From: Gemmatimonadaceae bacterium
Lineage (GTDB): Bacteria > Gemmatimonadota > Gemmatimonadetes > Gemmatimonadales > Gemmatimonadaceae
Reading direction: 5' to 3'
Assembly (NCBI GenBank): GCA_051859245.1
Contig: JBHYGA010000001.1
Coordinates: 1,309,722 to 1,373,721 of the forward strand
DNA length: 64,000 nt
The position numbers and the translations under genes are program-made. The notes beneath the pieces are model-generated. The model was not told where the DNA came from and did no database searches. It saw only the letters and a list, made by a program, of their open reading frames with translations. This document shows positions 40,041 to 48,491 of the stretch, one piece after another; position 1 is the first letter of the stretch; the number at the start of each line of letters is the position of its first letter.

Positions 40041-41374
40041 GCGGCGTCCATCATTACCACTATCCGACGCGCGAAGAGTTCCAGAAACGCATCGGTGATT
40101 CGGCGGTCCCCAAAACGCTGAAGACAGCGGCCCTCGTGGCCGCTGTGCTTGGCATGGCGTTGTTTGTGTTTGGCGCCGTGACGGGCGAACAGCGCGCCTG
40201 GCATGCGTTGCACTTCAACTGGATCTTCCTCGCCACGATCTCGTCTGCGGGCGTCGCGTTTGCTGCGGTGCAGCGACTCACCACGGCGCGTTGGTCGCGT
40301 CCGATTGTGCGCTTCTTCGAAGGCTACGTGGCGTTTCTGCCGGTAGCGTTCGTGCTCTTGCTGCTCATTCTGTTCCCCGGACGTGAAGCCATCTTCACGT
40401 GGGCCGGTCGTGAGCACATTGAAATCGCCGAAAAGGCGGCTTATCTCGATCCCACGTTCTTCGTACTGCGCGGCATCGTGCTCTTTGGCGCGATGACGGC
40501 CGTCATGATGTGGTTCGTGTATCGCTCGGTTCGCGTGGACGTGGCCAGCATGCCAAAGTTCACGGGCGCCAAGTGGGCCGAGGGTCTGCGTACGCGCATG
40601 CGCACGGGCTTTGGTGAAGAGCGTCGTGAGTTGCACAACACGCACTCCATCCTCGGCAAGCTCGCTGTTGCCGTGTGCATGTTGTTTGTGGTGGGCTGGT
40701 GCTTCATGGCGTGGGATTACTCCATGTCGCTCACCTTGCACTGGCAGCAGACGATGTACGCCTGGATCGTGTTCATGTGCGGCTGGTTGGGCATGATCAT
40801 GTCGGCGTCGCTGCTCTGCCTCTGGTGGCGTAAGCAGATGCAGGTTCAGGATCTCGTGACCGTGAACCACATGTGGGACATGGGCAAGCTGGCGTTCGCG
40901 TTCACCGCGTTCTTTGGCTACATCAGCTTCAGCCAGTATCTGGTGATCTGGTACGGCAACATGCCGGAAGAAACACACTTCTACAATCTGCGTCTCAGCG
41001 GTGTGTGGAAGACCACAACATCGTTGATTCCGATTCTCGCCTTCATCCTGCCGTTCGGCGGACTGATTTCGAAGGCGGCCAAGGTGTACTTCCCAACGTT
41101 CGTGCTCTTCGCGTCGTGCAGCTTGCTTGGTACGTGGCTGCACCGCTACATCGAAGTGTACCCGAGCATTTACGGTGTGGTTGACCATCTGCCGTTCGGC
41201 ATCTGGGAAGTTGGCATCGCGCTCGGCATGATCGGGCTCTGGTTCACGTGCTACTTCGCGTTCATGGATGCGTTCCCCAAGATGCGCGTGTTCATGATGA
41301 CGTCGCCGTATCGCGATGAAGTGCAGGTCCCGGTGGATCCACGCACCATGGAACCGCTGCCCGCACACGAGTAA
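40037..41374 (+). CDS. actF: Alternative complex III ActF membrane subunit
   Basis: About 10 TM; ARWSRP, WDYSMSL, DMGKLAFAF, FSQYLVIWYGNMPEE. Confidence 0.9.
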   Translation: MSGVHHYHYPTREEFQKRIGDSAVPKTLKTAALVAAVLGMALFVFGAVTGEQRAWHALHFNWIFLATISSAGVAFAAVQRLTTARWSRPIVRFFEGYVAFLPVAFVLLLLILFPGREAIFTWAGREHIEIAEKAAYLDPTFFVLRGIVLFGAMTAVMMWFVYRSVRVDVASMPKFTGAKWAEGLRTRMRTGFGEERRELHNTHSILGKLAVAVCMLFVVGWCFMAWDYSMSLTLHWQQTMYAWIVFMCGWLGMIMSASLLCLWWRKQMQVQDLVTVNHMWDMGKLAFAFTAFFGYISFSQYLVIWYGNMPEETHFYNLRLSGVWKTTTSLIPILAFILPFGGLISKAAKVYFPTFVLFASCSLLGTWLHRYIEVYPSIYGVVDHLPFGIWEVGIALGMIGLWFTCYFAFMDAFPKMRVFMMTSPYRDEVQVPVDPRTMEPLPAHE

Positions 41375-41398
41375 CAACGCACGAACACGGCATGAAAA

Positions 41399-41435
41399 AG
41401 GGCCGACTCCTTCGCGGAGTCGGCCCTGTGTTTTT
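41399..41435 (+). terminator. Intrinsic terminator of the act operon
   Basis: 12-bp stem AGGGCCGACTCC/GGAGTCGGCCCT followed by GTGTTTTT; preceded by an A-run. Confidence 0.85.
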
Positions 41436-41480
41436 CCGGGCTTCCACTGCACGGCAGTGGTTCGCTATGTTTGACAAGTG

Positions 41481-41553
41481 GGGGCGTTAGCTCAGCTGGG
41501 AGAGCGCTCGCTTTGCAAGCGAGAGGTCATCGGTTCGATCCCGATACGCTCCA
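41481..41553 (+). tRNA. tRNA-Ala (anticodon TGC); CCA not encoded
   Basis: Acceptor stem GGGGCGT/ACGCTCC with the G3:U70 Ala identity pair; D-arm GCTC/GAGC; anticodon stem CTCGC/GCGAG with loop TTTGCAA; T-loop GTTCGAT; 73 nt. Confidence 0.97.
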
Positions 41554-41571
41554 TGTTTTCGAACGTGGTAT

Positions 41572-43360
41572 TCAGGCGGTCGCGCGAGTTCGGCGTGACA
41601 TGGCCATGAGCGCTGGCGGATGTGCGCGGAACACCTGCGCCAACGCATTCAGAGGCACGGCGGGTGAGAAGAAGTGCCCCTGCTGCTCGGTGCACAGCAG
41701 GGCCGCCAAACGCTGTGATTGCTCCAGCGTTTCCACACCTTCTGCCACCACGTGCAGGCCGAGCCCGCGCGCGAGCGTCACGAGCGCCGAAACGATCGCA
41801 AAGTCGCGCTCATCCGTCAGCATGCGCGACACAAAGCGCCGGTCAATCTTGAAGCCGGCAAGCGGCGCCTCACGCAGAAATGCGAGCGACGCAAAGCCAA
41901 CACCTAAAGTCGTCTACCACGAGCTGAATGCCGAGCTCGCGAATCGCGCGCAGCGTATCAAGCGCCTGATCGCCTTCGTACAGCGCCGAGCTTTCGGTGA
42001 GTTCGAGCACGAGCGCATCGGCGGGACAGCCGGTGTCTTCAAGTATGCGCGATACACGTTGCTCGAACCCTTTCTCGCGCAGCTGCACGGCCGAAAGGTT
42101 CACGCCCACACGCATGTCGCTGTCCTGATGCTCGCGCCGCCACGTGACAGCGGCTGCGCACGCTTCACGCAACACAAGATCACCGATGGGTACGATCAGT
42201 CCCGTGTCTTCTGCGAGCGGCAGGAACGACGACGGCGCAACCATACCGAGGTCGGGGTCATGCCAGCGCAACAGCGCTTCAAGTCCGACAATGCGCTGCG
42301 TGGTGACATCTACCTGCGGCTGGTAGTGAACGGCGAGTTCGCCTGCATCGAGGGCCGCGCGCAGACGCTCCTCACGCTGATGCGCGATCGTTTCGTCTTG
42401 CACACGCAGTCCGAACACCGGCGTGGGCATGCGACCGCGACGCCGCGCGTACTTGTCGCGGTACATCGCCACGTCGGATGCATCGAGCAGCTCCTGCGCC
42501 GTGGTGCCGTCGAGCGGGGACATGGCCCCGCCCACGCTGGCGGCAATGCGCTCAAAGCGACCATCCCCAAGATCTACCGGCTCGGTGAGGCAGCCGAGAA
42601 TCATGTCGCGCACGTGCGCCACATCGAGACGGCTGTTGACGTCGGGCAGCAGCACGACGAACTCATCACCACCCAGTCGTGCCACCGCGTCTGACCGGCG
42701 CACCGTGCCGAGCAATCGCTGCGCAACTTCCACGAGCAGGCGATCGCCAACCGCATGACCCAGTGAGTCGTTGATCAGTTTGAAGCCATCGAGGTCAACG
42801 AACAGCAAGCCGGTTTTGCGGCCATAACGTGCGCCGAACGCGAGCGCGCGATCCAGGTGATCGAGAAACAATCCGCGATTGGCGAGACCGGTGAGCGGAT
42901 CGTGTGTGGCACGATGCGCGGCGGCCACGCGCGCCGCGTCGAGCGCCGCCAGATGCCGCTGGCGCTCGATGGCAAAGCGAAGCAGGCGCGGCACCTGTTC
43001 AACGGGCGTCGTGTCCTTGCAGAGGCATTCCTGCGCGCCTACACGCAGCGCGCGCACGGCCGTGCTGTCGTCGAGTGTGCGCGTATACAACACGATCGGC
43101 ATGCTTGGTGCCGCGCCGCGCACACCCGCGAGCGTGGCCAGTCCGGTCGCATCGGGCAAATCCAGCTCAAGCATGGCCACATCAACCGGGCCTTCCATCA
43201 GCAGCCGGATGGCATCAGCGAGCGTGGCCGCATGTACGAGCGCCATGCGCGAACCGAACGCGTCTCCCAATGCTGCGGCGGAACGCGCAGCATCGCCTTC
43301 CTCGTTATCAACGAGCAGGACGCGGATCATTCCATCAGCACGACCGTCGGCTGCAGACAT
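41572..43360 (-). pseudogene. REC-GGDEF-EAL c-di-GMP signalling protein split by a +1 frameshift at about 41905
   Basis: ORF 41870..43360 carries REC, RxxD, GGDEF, EALLR and ELTES and breaks at DDF. Removing one base restores DDFGVGFASL...FKIDRRF...VVAEGVET...QGHFFS and a stop at 41572. Confidence 0.85.
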
Positions 43361-43479
43361 GGGATCAGCGATTGCGGAGGGAAAGCAATGAGTGGATTTG
43401 GATACTACTCAATCTGCCACGCGTTTCCAGTACCTTGTAGAATAGTGATGCCAAGTTCCGGCTGTGTAACGCAGTTTCG

Positions 43480-43495
43480 TGTGATGTGAATCACA
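43480..43495. promoter_or_regulatory. CRP/FNR-family-like palindromic operator
   Basis: TGTGAT-GTGA-ATCACA is a perfect TGTGA-N6-TCACA in an AT-rich divergent intergenic region. Confidence 0.65.
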
Positions 43496-43531
43496 ATACC
43501 TGCATTTTATCCTTGATTTTTCACCCAACAC

Positions 43532-44035
43532 ATGACTACTGACGCGTCTGCTCACGTGGCGCCGCACACCGCGGCAACTCCGCTTTCGATCGGCTCTGAA
43601 GCCCCTGACGTAACGCTCGCCTCCACAGCTGGCGGCACGGTGCAGCTGTCATCGTTTCGTGGCAAGCAGCATGTGCTGCTGGCATTCTTCCCGCTCGCGT
43701 TCACCAGCACGTGCACGGCCGAAGTGTGTGCGTTCAGCGAAGACTTTGATCAGTTCGCGCAGCGTGATGTGGTGGTGCTGCCAGTGAGCGTCGACGCGGT
43801 TCCGTCGTTGCTCGAGTTCAAGCGCAAATACAACATGCAGGTGGACCTGCTGTCCGACATGAAACGTATTGCGTCTCGCGCCTTCGGTGTGCTGCGCGAA
43901 GAGGCCTACGTGTCGCAGCGTGCGTATTTCCTGATCGGCAAGGACGGCATCATCAAGTGGTCACACGTGGAATCCAAATCAGGCGAACGCCGCGAGAATT
44001 CGGAAATCCTCGCGGCGATCGCGGCCAACGCGTAA
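43532..44035 (+). CDS. Peroxiredoxin (AhpE/AhpC-TSA family)
   Basis: FFPLAFTSTCTAE (PxxxTxxC), VSVD, LLSD, RAYFLIGKDG. Confidence 0.9.
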   Translation: MTTDASAHVAPHTAATPLSIGSEAPDVTLASTAGGTVQLSSFRGKQHVLLAFFPLAFTSTCTAEVCAFSEDFDQFAQRDVVVLPVSVDAVPSLLEFKRKYNMQVDLLSDMKRIASRAFGVLREEAYVSQRAYFLIGKDGIIKWSHVESKSGERRENSEILAAIAANA

Positions 44036-44047
44036 GTCGCGCCGGAA

Positions 44048-44557
44048 TCAGTTGGTCGGCTGCCCAGACGGATCGTTCGTAGCAGTGGGCGCTGGATTGG
44101 TGCCGGTGGCGACATCGTGCGTCATCACCGGCACTCGGCGCGGCTGTGCGGGGGCCACCTTGCCAATGCGCAGCGTCAACACGCCAAGTTCAACCGACGC
44201 CCGGATCTGATCGAGGTCAGCCGCACGCGGCAGTCGGAACTGACGGGCGAAGGTGCCGGCCGCGCGTTCCTGCGTGACGCGCTTGGCGCCTTCGGCCAAC
44301 GGTGTGGAGACGCGCTCGGCGCGAATCGTGAGCACGCGATCTTCGGTCAGTACTTCAACCGACTCGGGGCGCACGCCTGGCAGGTCGAGCGTAATCGTCC
44401 AGCCCGATTCTTCCTCTACGATGTCGGCGGAGGGCGTGGTGGCGCCCGTCACCGGAGACGGCGTGAACAGTTCGCTGAACGCGCGGTCCATATCCCGACG
44501 AAGGCCACGCAGCGACGAGTCAAACGTGGGGGCGGTAAACGCGACACGATAGGTCAT
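44048..44557 (-). CDS. Hsp20/alpha-crystallin small heat-shock protein
   Basis: DLPGV, LTIRAER, ERAAGTFARQFRLP, GVLTLRI; AAGGAG SD. Confidence 0.92.
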   Translation of the reverse strand: MTYRVAFTAPTFDSSLRGLRRDMDRAFSELFTPSPVTGATTPSADIVEEESGWTITLDLPGVRPESVEVLTEDRVLTIRAERVSTPLAEGAKRVTQERAAGTFARQFRLPRAADLDQIRASVELGVLTLRIGKVAPAQPRRVPVMTHDVATGTNPAPTATNDPSGQPTN

Positions 44558-44789
44558 GGATGCTCCTTGACGCCGTGGGCGTCGAATGTGTGAGAAGGCA
44601 GCGGCACGAGAGACACGTCCGCGTGCTTGACCCACCATTGGGCAGGGAGCGTACCGCGCCGGATCGGCCAAGCTGGCCGGTTTGAGGTCGCTTTGACTGA
44701 CGGTTCGGCGTGACACATTGTCGAAACGACAGGGATCTGTACTGGTCGGTCAGCTTGTCCGATTTCCGCACGGTCCGTAGCTTCCGGAT

Positions 44790-46388
44790 ATGAACCTCCC
44801 GGAACCGCCAATGGATGAGCTCGCTACGCAATCGCCGGGAGCGCCACTGGCCGCGGCGCGGGTGCTTGAAGCCGTGGTGCGTTCGCTGGCGTCACGCGAT
44901 GCGTCCGCAGCGGAATCGCCGGCGGGGCCACTGCCAGCGTGGGTCGGCATCGCGCTCCAGCACGCATCGGAGGCTGCGGGCGGCGCACGGTTGCGATTGG
45001 TGCCGGTCACGTCTACGCCGAACAACGATGCGCAACTCAGCCTTCCGGTTTCGGCGGGCCTTGAACACCCTCTGGTGTTGCTGGTTGACGCGCCGCCTTC
45101 ATCGGCGGCGGCAGAGGTCTCCACGTGGGAACCGGTGGCACTGCTGCTCTGCCTGGCGCTGCGCGAATCGCGCCGACGCGCGGAGCTGGAGTCCGAATTG
45201 TCGTCCCGGCTTGATCAGCTCGACGAGCAGCGTCGCTTCATCGAACGCATCATCGACTCCATGCCGGTTGGGCTCTACGTAGTGGATCGCGCGTATCGCA
45301 TTCAGGCCTGGAATCACAAACGCGAAACCGGACTGCAAGGCGTGGCGCGAAACCGCGCGCTCGGCCAGACAATCTTTGACGTGTTGCATCGGCAACCGGC
45401 GGCGCTGCTCAAACGTGAGTTCGACGAAGTGTTTGCGTCGGGCCGCATGCAGCAGTTTCAGATGGAGAGTGAAGCCACCGGCAGCGTGCGCACGTTCCGG
45501 CTGTCCAAGATTCCCATGCGCATTGATGCAACGCGTCCGTCGTACGTGACCCACGTGATTACGGTGGGCGAAGATATCACCGACTGGCGCGCGGCGCTGG
45601 ATCGGACGGCGCAATCGGAAAAGCTCGCCGCGCTCGGACAGATGGCAACCGGAGTGATGCACGAGATCAATAATCCGTTGGCCACGATTGCCGCGTGCGC
45701 GGAAACGCTGCAGCTGCAGGCCGACGACTCCGCGAACGCGCCCGGCGTGCCACAGGGTGACCCCACGGAACTGCTCCGCATTATTGATCTTGAAGTGCAG
45801 CGGTGCAAACGCATTGTGCAGGGGCTGCTCGATTTTGCGCGCCCCAAACCAGTGGCGCACGACGAGCTCGATCTCAATGCGGTTGTTCGACAAACACTCT
45901 TCCTGCTGCAACACCATCCGCGCCGCAAGCAGGTATCGCTGGTAACCGAGCTTGAAGAAGGTGTGCCGCTGCTGGTGCGTGGTGATGCCGACCGACTCGT
46001 GCAGGTATTGATGGCACTGGTGCTGAACGCGCTTGATGCCAGTACGCAGGGAGCCCGCGTGGTGCTTCGCAGCGCCGCGGTGCGCGTGGGAGCAGACACG
46101 TGCAGTGCCGTCGATGTGATCGACGAAGGTCACGGCATTCCCCGCGAGTCGCTCTCCAAAGTCTTTGAACCGTTTTACACCACGAAAGCGCCGGGCAGTG
46201 GTACCGGACTCGGCCTCTCGATCTGTTATGGCATTGTGATGGAGCACGGCGGCGTGTTGGCCGTGGACAGCGCGCTTGGACACGGCGCCACCTTTCGCAT
46301 CCTGCTGCCTGCGTCTGGTGCACCACCGCTCACCTCAGGGGCTGGTGTACCACCGCTTGTGCACACTCCCATTGGAACCGCTGTATGA
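44790..46388 (+). CDS. PAS-domain sensor histidine kinase (NtrB-like)
   Basis: PAS region (IIDSMPVG), EKLAALG, HEINNPL H-box, LNALDA, DEGHG, FEPFYTTK, GTGLGL. Confidence 0.92.
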   Translation: MNLPEPPMDELATQSPGAPLAAARVLEAVVRSLASRDASAAESPAGPLPAWVGIALQHASEAAGGARLRLVPVTSTPNNDAQLSLPVSAGLEHPLVLLVDAPPSSAAAEVSTWEPVALLLCLALRESRRRAELESELSSRLDQLDEQRRFIERIIDSMPVGLYVVDRAYRIQAWNHKRETGLQGVARNRALGQTIFDVLHRQPAALLKREFDEVFASGRMQQFQMESEATGSVRTFRLSKIPMRIDATRPSYVTHVITVGEDITDWRAALDRTAQSEKLAALGQMATGVMHEINNPLATIAACAETLQLQADDSANAPGVPQGDPTELLRIIDLEVQRCKRIVQGLLDFARPKPVAHDELDLNAVVRQTLFLLQHHPRRKQVSLVTELEEGVPLLVRGDADRLVQVLMALVLNALDASTQGARVVLRSAAVRVGADTCSAVDVIDEGHGIPRESLSKVFEPFYTTKAPGSGTGLGLSICYGIVMEHGGVLAVDSALGHGATFRILLPASGAPPLTSGAGVPPLVHTPIGTAV

Positions 46389-47815
46389 CCACCGACATCG
46401 AGGACCCGTCAGCGCTAGACATTGCGCCTGAAACACCGAGTGCTCCCATACGGGTCTTGATCGCCGAAGACGAACAACATCTCGGCACGATCCTTGAACA
46501 GTTCCTCGTGGCGCGTGGTTTTAGCGTATCCACGGCGCGCGACGGACTGCGAGCGCTCGACCTGTTGCGGCTCGAACAGTTTGATGTGGCGTTGCTCGAC
46601 ATCATGATGCCGGGCCTCGACGGACTCGAGGTGTTGCGTCAGGTACGCGAAGATCCGTCGCCGCCGGAAGTGATCATCATAACCGGCAACAGCACGGTCG
46701 AAACTGCGATCACCGCACTCAAGCTTGGCGCGTACGATTTTCTGGCCAAGCCGTATCGCATGGCGGAGATCGAGGTGCTGGTACGACGCGCGTGGGAAAA
46801 GCGCATGCTGGCGCTCGACAACTCCCGACTGCACACACTGAAAGCGCGCAGCGGACACTCCGATGCCAAGCCGGAGTTTATTACGCAGTACGCGCCGCTC
46901 AAGGCCATGCTCACGCTGGTGGAGCGCGTGGCGCCGAGCACGTCGCCGGTGCTGATCAGCGGCGACTCGGGAACCGGCAAGGATCTGGTGGCGCGCTTGC
47001 TGCATCATTGGTCCGGCCGCGCTCAGGCGCCGTTTGTTGATCTCAACTGCGCCGCGCTCGCGGAGCAGGGACTTGAGACGGAGTTGTTTGGCGTAGAAAA
47101 AGGCGCGTTTCCGGGCGCGGATCGTCGCAAGGTGGGGCTGCTCGAGCTTGCCACCGGCGGCACGCTCTATCTCGACAGTGTGTCCGATCTCGACATACGC
47201 CTGCAGGCCAAACTGCTGCGCGCGTTGGAAACGGGGAGCTTCTATCGTGTGGGCGGTTCGCAGAAGGTCGATGTGGATGTGCGCATTATCGCGTCGAGCA
47301 CACGGGATCTCACGCGCATGGTGAGTAGCGGCGATATGCGCGAAGATTTTCTGCACCGTATCAACACGATTCGCATTCAGCTTCCCACGCTGCGTGAGCG
47401 GTCGAGCGATGTACCGTTGCTTGCCGAGCATTTTCTCACACGCTACGCGGGCGCCACACCGCCGCGACTGACGGGTGAAGCGATCGCCGTGCTTGAGCGC
47501 TATCGCTGGCCTGGCAATGTGCGCGAATTGCGGAACGTGATGGAGCGTGCGGCGCTGCTGTCGGTGAACGGCGTCATCGAAGCGCGTGATCTGCCGCTTG
47601 GCGCTGACATTGGCGCCGCGTCTCGCGCCACACCCACACAGTTGTTCACGCTTGAAGAACTGGAACGTCGGCACATTGAGTCCGTGCTGATGCGTACATC
47701 GTGGCATCAGGGTCGCGCCGCAGAACTGCTTGGCATCTCACCCAAGACGCTGTACCGGAAAATCCGTGAGTTTGGCTTTCAGCGTCCGGATCGTCTGGGC
47801 GGAGGAGATCTGTGA
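46385..47815 (+). CDS. NtrC/AtoC-family response regulator (REC-AAA+-Fis HTH) with degenerate catalytic motifs
   Basis: REC LLDIMMP; GDSGTGKD; GAFPGA; LYLDSV; WPGNVREL; HTH AAELLGISPKTLYRK. Confidence 0.92.
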   Translation: MTTDIEDPSALDIAPETPSAPIRVLIAEDEQHLGTILEQFLVARGFSVSTARDGLRALDLLRLEQFDVALLDIMMPGLDGLEVLRQVREDPSPPEVIIITGNSTVETAITALKLGAYDFLAKPYRMAEIEVLVRRAWEKRMLALDNSRLHTLKARSGHSDAKPEFITQYAPLKAMLTLVERVAPSTSPVLISGDSGTGKDLVARLLHHWSGRAQAPFVDLNCAALAEQGLETELFGVEKGAFPGADRRKVGLLELATGGTLYLDSVSDLDIRLQAKLLRALETGSFYRVGGSQKVDVDVRIIASSTRDLTRMVSSGDMREDFLHRINTIRIQLPTLRERSSDVPLLAEHFLTRYAGATPPRLTGEAIAVLERYRWPGNVRELRNVMERAALLSVNGVIEARDLPLGADIGAASRATPTQLFTLEELERRHIESVLMRTSWHQGRAAELLGISPKTLYRKIREFGFQRPDRLGGGDL

Positions 47816-48480
47816 AGATTCTTGTGGTGGAAGACGATCCCACCGTCGGCGAGTTTGTGCGCCGCGGGCTGGAAGAACAGTTGTGGCAGGTGGATCTTGT
47901 CGCCAACGGTGTGGATGGTGAGTCCATGGCCATGTCGCAGCCGTACGATCTGGTAGTGCTCGATATGCGACTGCCGGGCAAGCATGGGCTTGATGTACTG
48001 CGTACCCTGCGCTCGCGCGGTTTTGATCGACCGGTGCTGGTGCTCACCGCGCAAGATGCCGTCGACGCAAAGGTGGAAACGCTGCGCGCAGGCGCCGATG
48101 ATTATGTCACCAAGCCGTTTGCGTTCGAAGAGTTGCTCGCGCGCATTGAAGCACTGTCACGCCGTCCACGGGCGCTGGTTTCACCAGTGCTGACCGTGGC
48201 CGATCTGGAGCTGGATCAGGGTACGCGCGAAGTGCGTCGGGCCGGACAACTGGTCGAGGTCACGCCCAAAGAATTTGCCGTGCTCGAGTATCTGATGCGA
48301 CATGCAGGGCGCGTGATGTCACGAACGCTGATTACGGAGTATGCGTGGGGGTACCACTTTGATCCGGGTACCAACATCGTAGACGTGGTGATCAATCATC
48401 TGCGAAAGAAGCTGGACAGCGGCCATACCAAGAAACTCATCTCCACCGTGCGTGGCGTGGGTTACATGATTCGTGGATAG
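47812..48480 (+). CDS. OmpR/PhoB-family response regulator (CusR-like)
   Basis: VVEDD, LDMRLPG, GADDYVTKPF, TNIVDVVINHLRKKL, TVRGVGY. Confidence 0.94.
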   Translation: MKILVVEDDPTVGEFVRRGLEEQLWQVDLVANGVDGESMAMSQPYDLVVLDMRLPGKHGLDVLRTLRSRGFDRPVLVLTAQDAVDAKVETLRAGADDYVTKPFAFEELLARIEALSRRPRALVSPVLTVADLELDQGTREVRRAGQLVEVTPKEFAVLEYLMRHAGRVMSRTLITEYAWGYHFDPGTNIVDVVINHLRKKLDSGHTKKLISTVRGVGYMIRG

Positions 48481-48491
48481 CTGAGCTCCTC

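Noticed and set aside
41481..41600. tRNA-Ala as an integration site for a genomic island
   Set aside because: No integrase, no duplicated tRNA 3' end noticed and no compositional shift downstream.
41471..42694. 407-aa plus-strand ORF starting at the tRNA
   Set aside because: Runs through tRNA-Ala and antisense to the GGDEF-EAL gene; no domain features.
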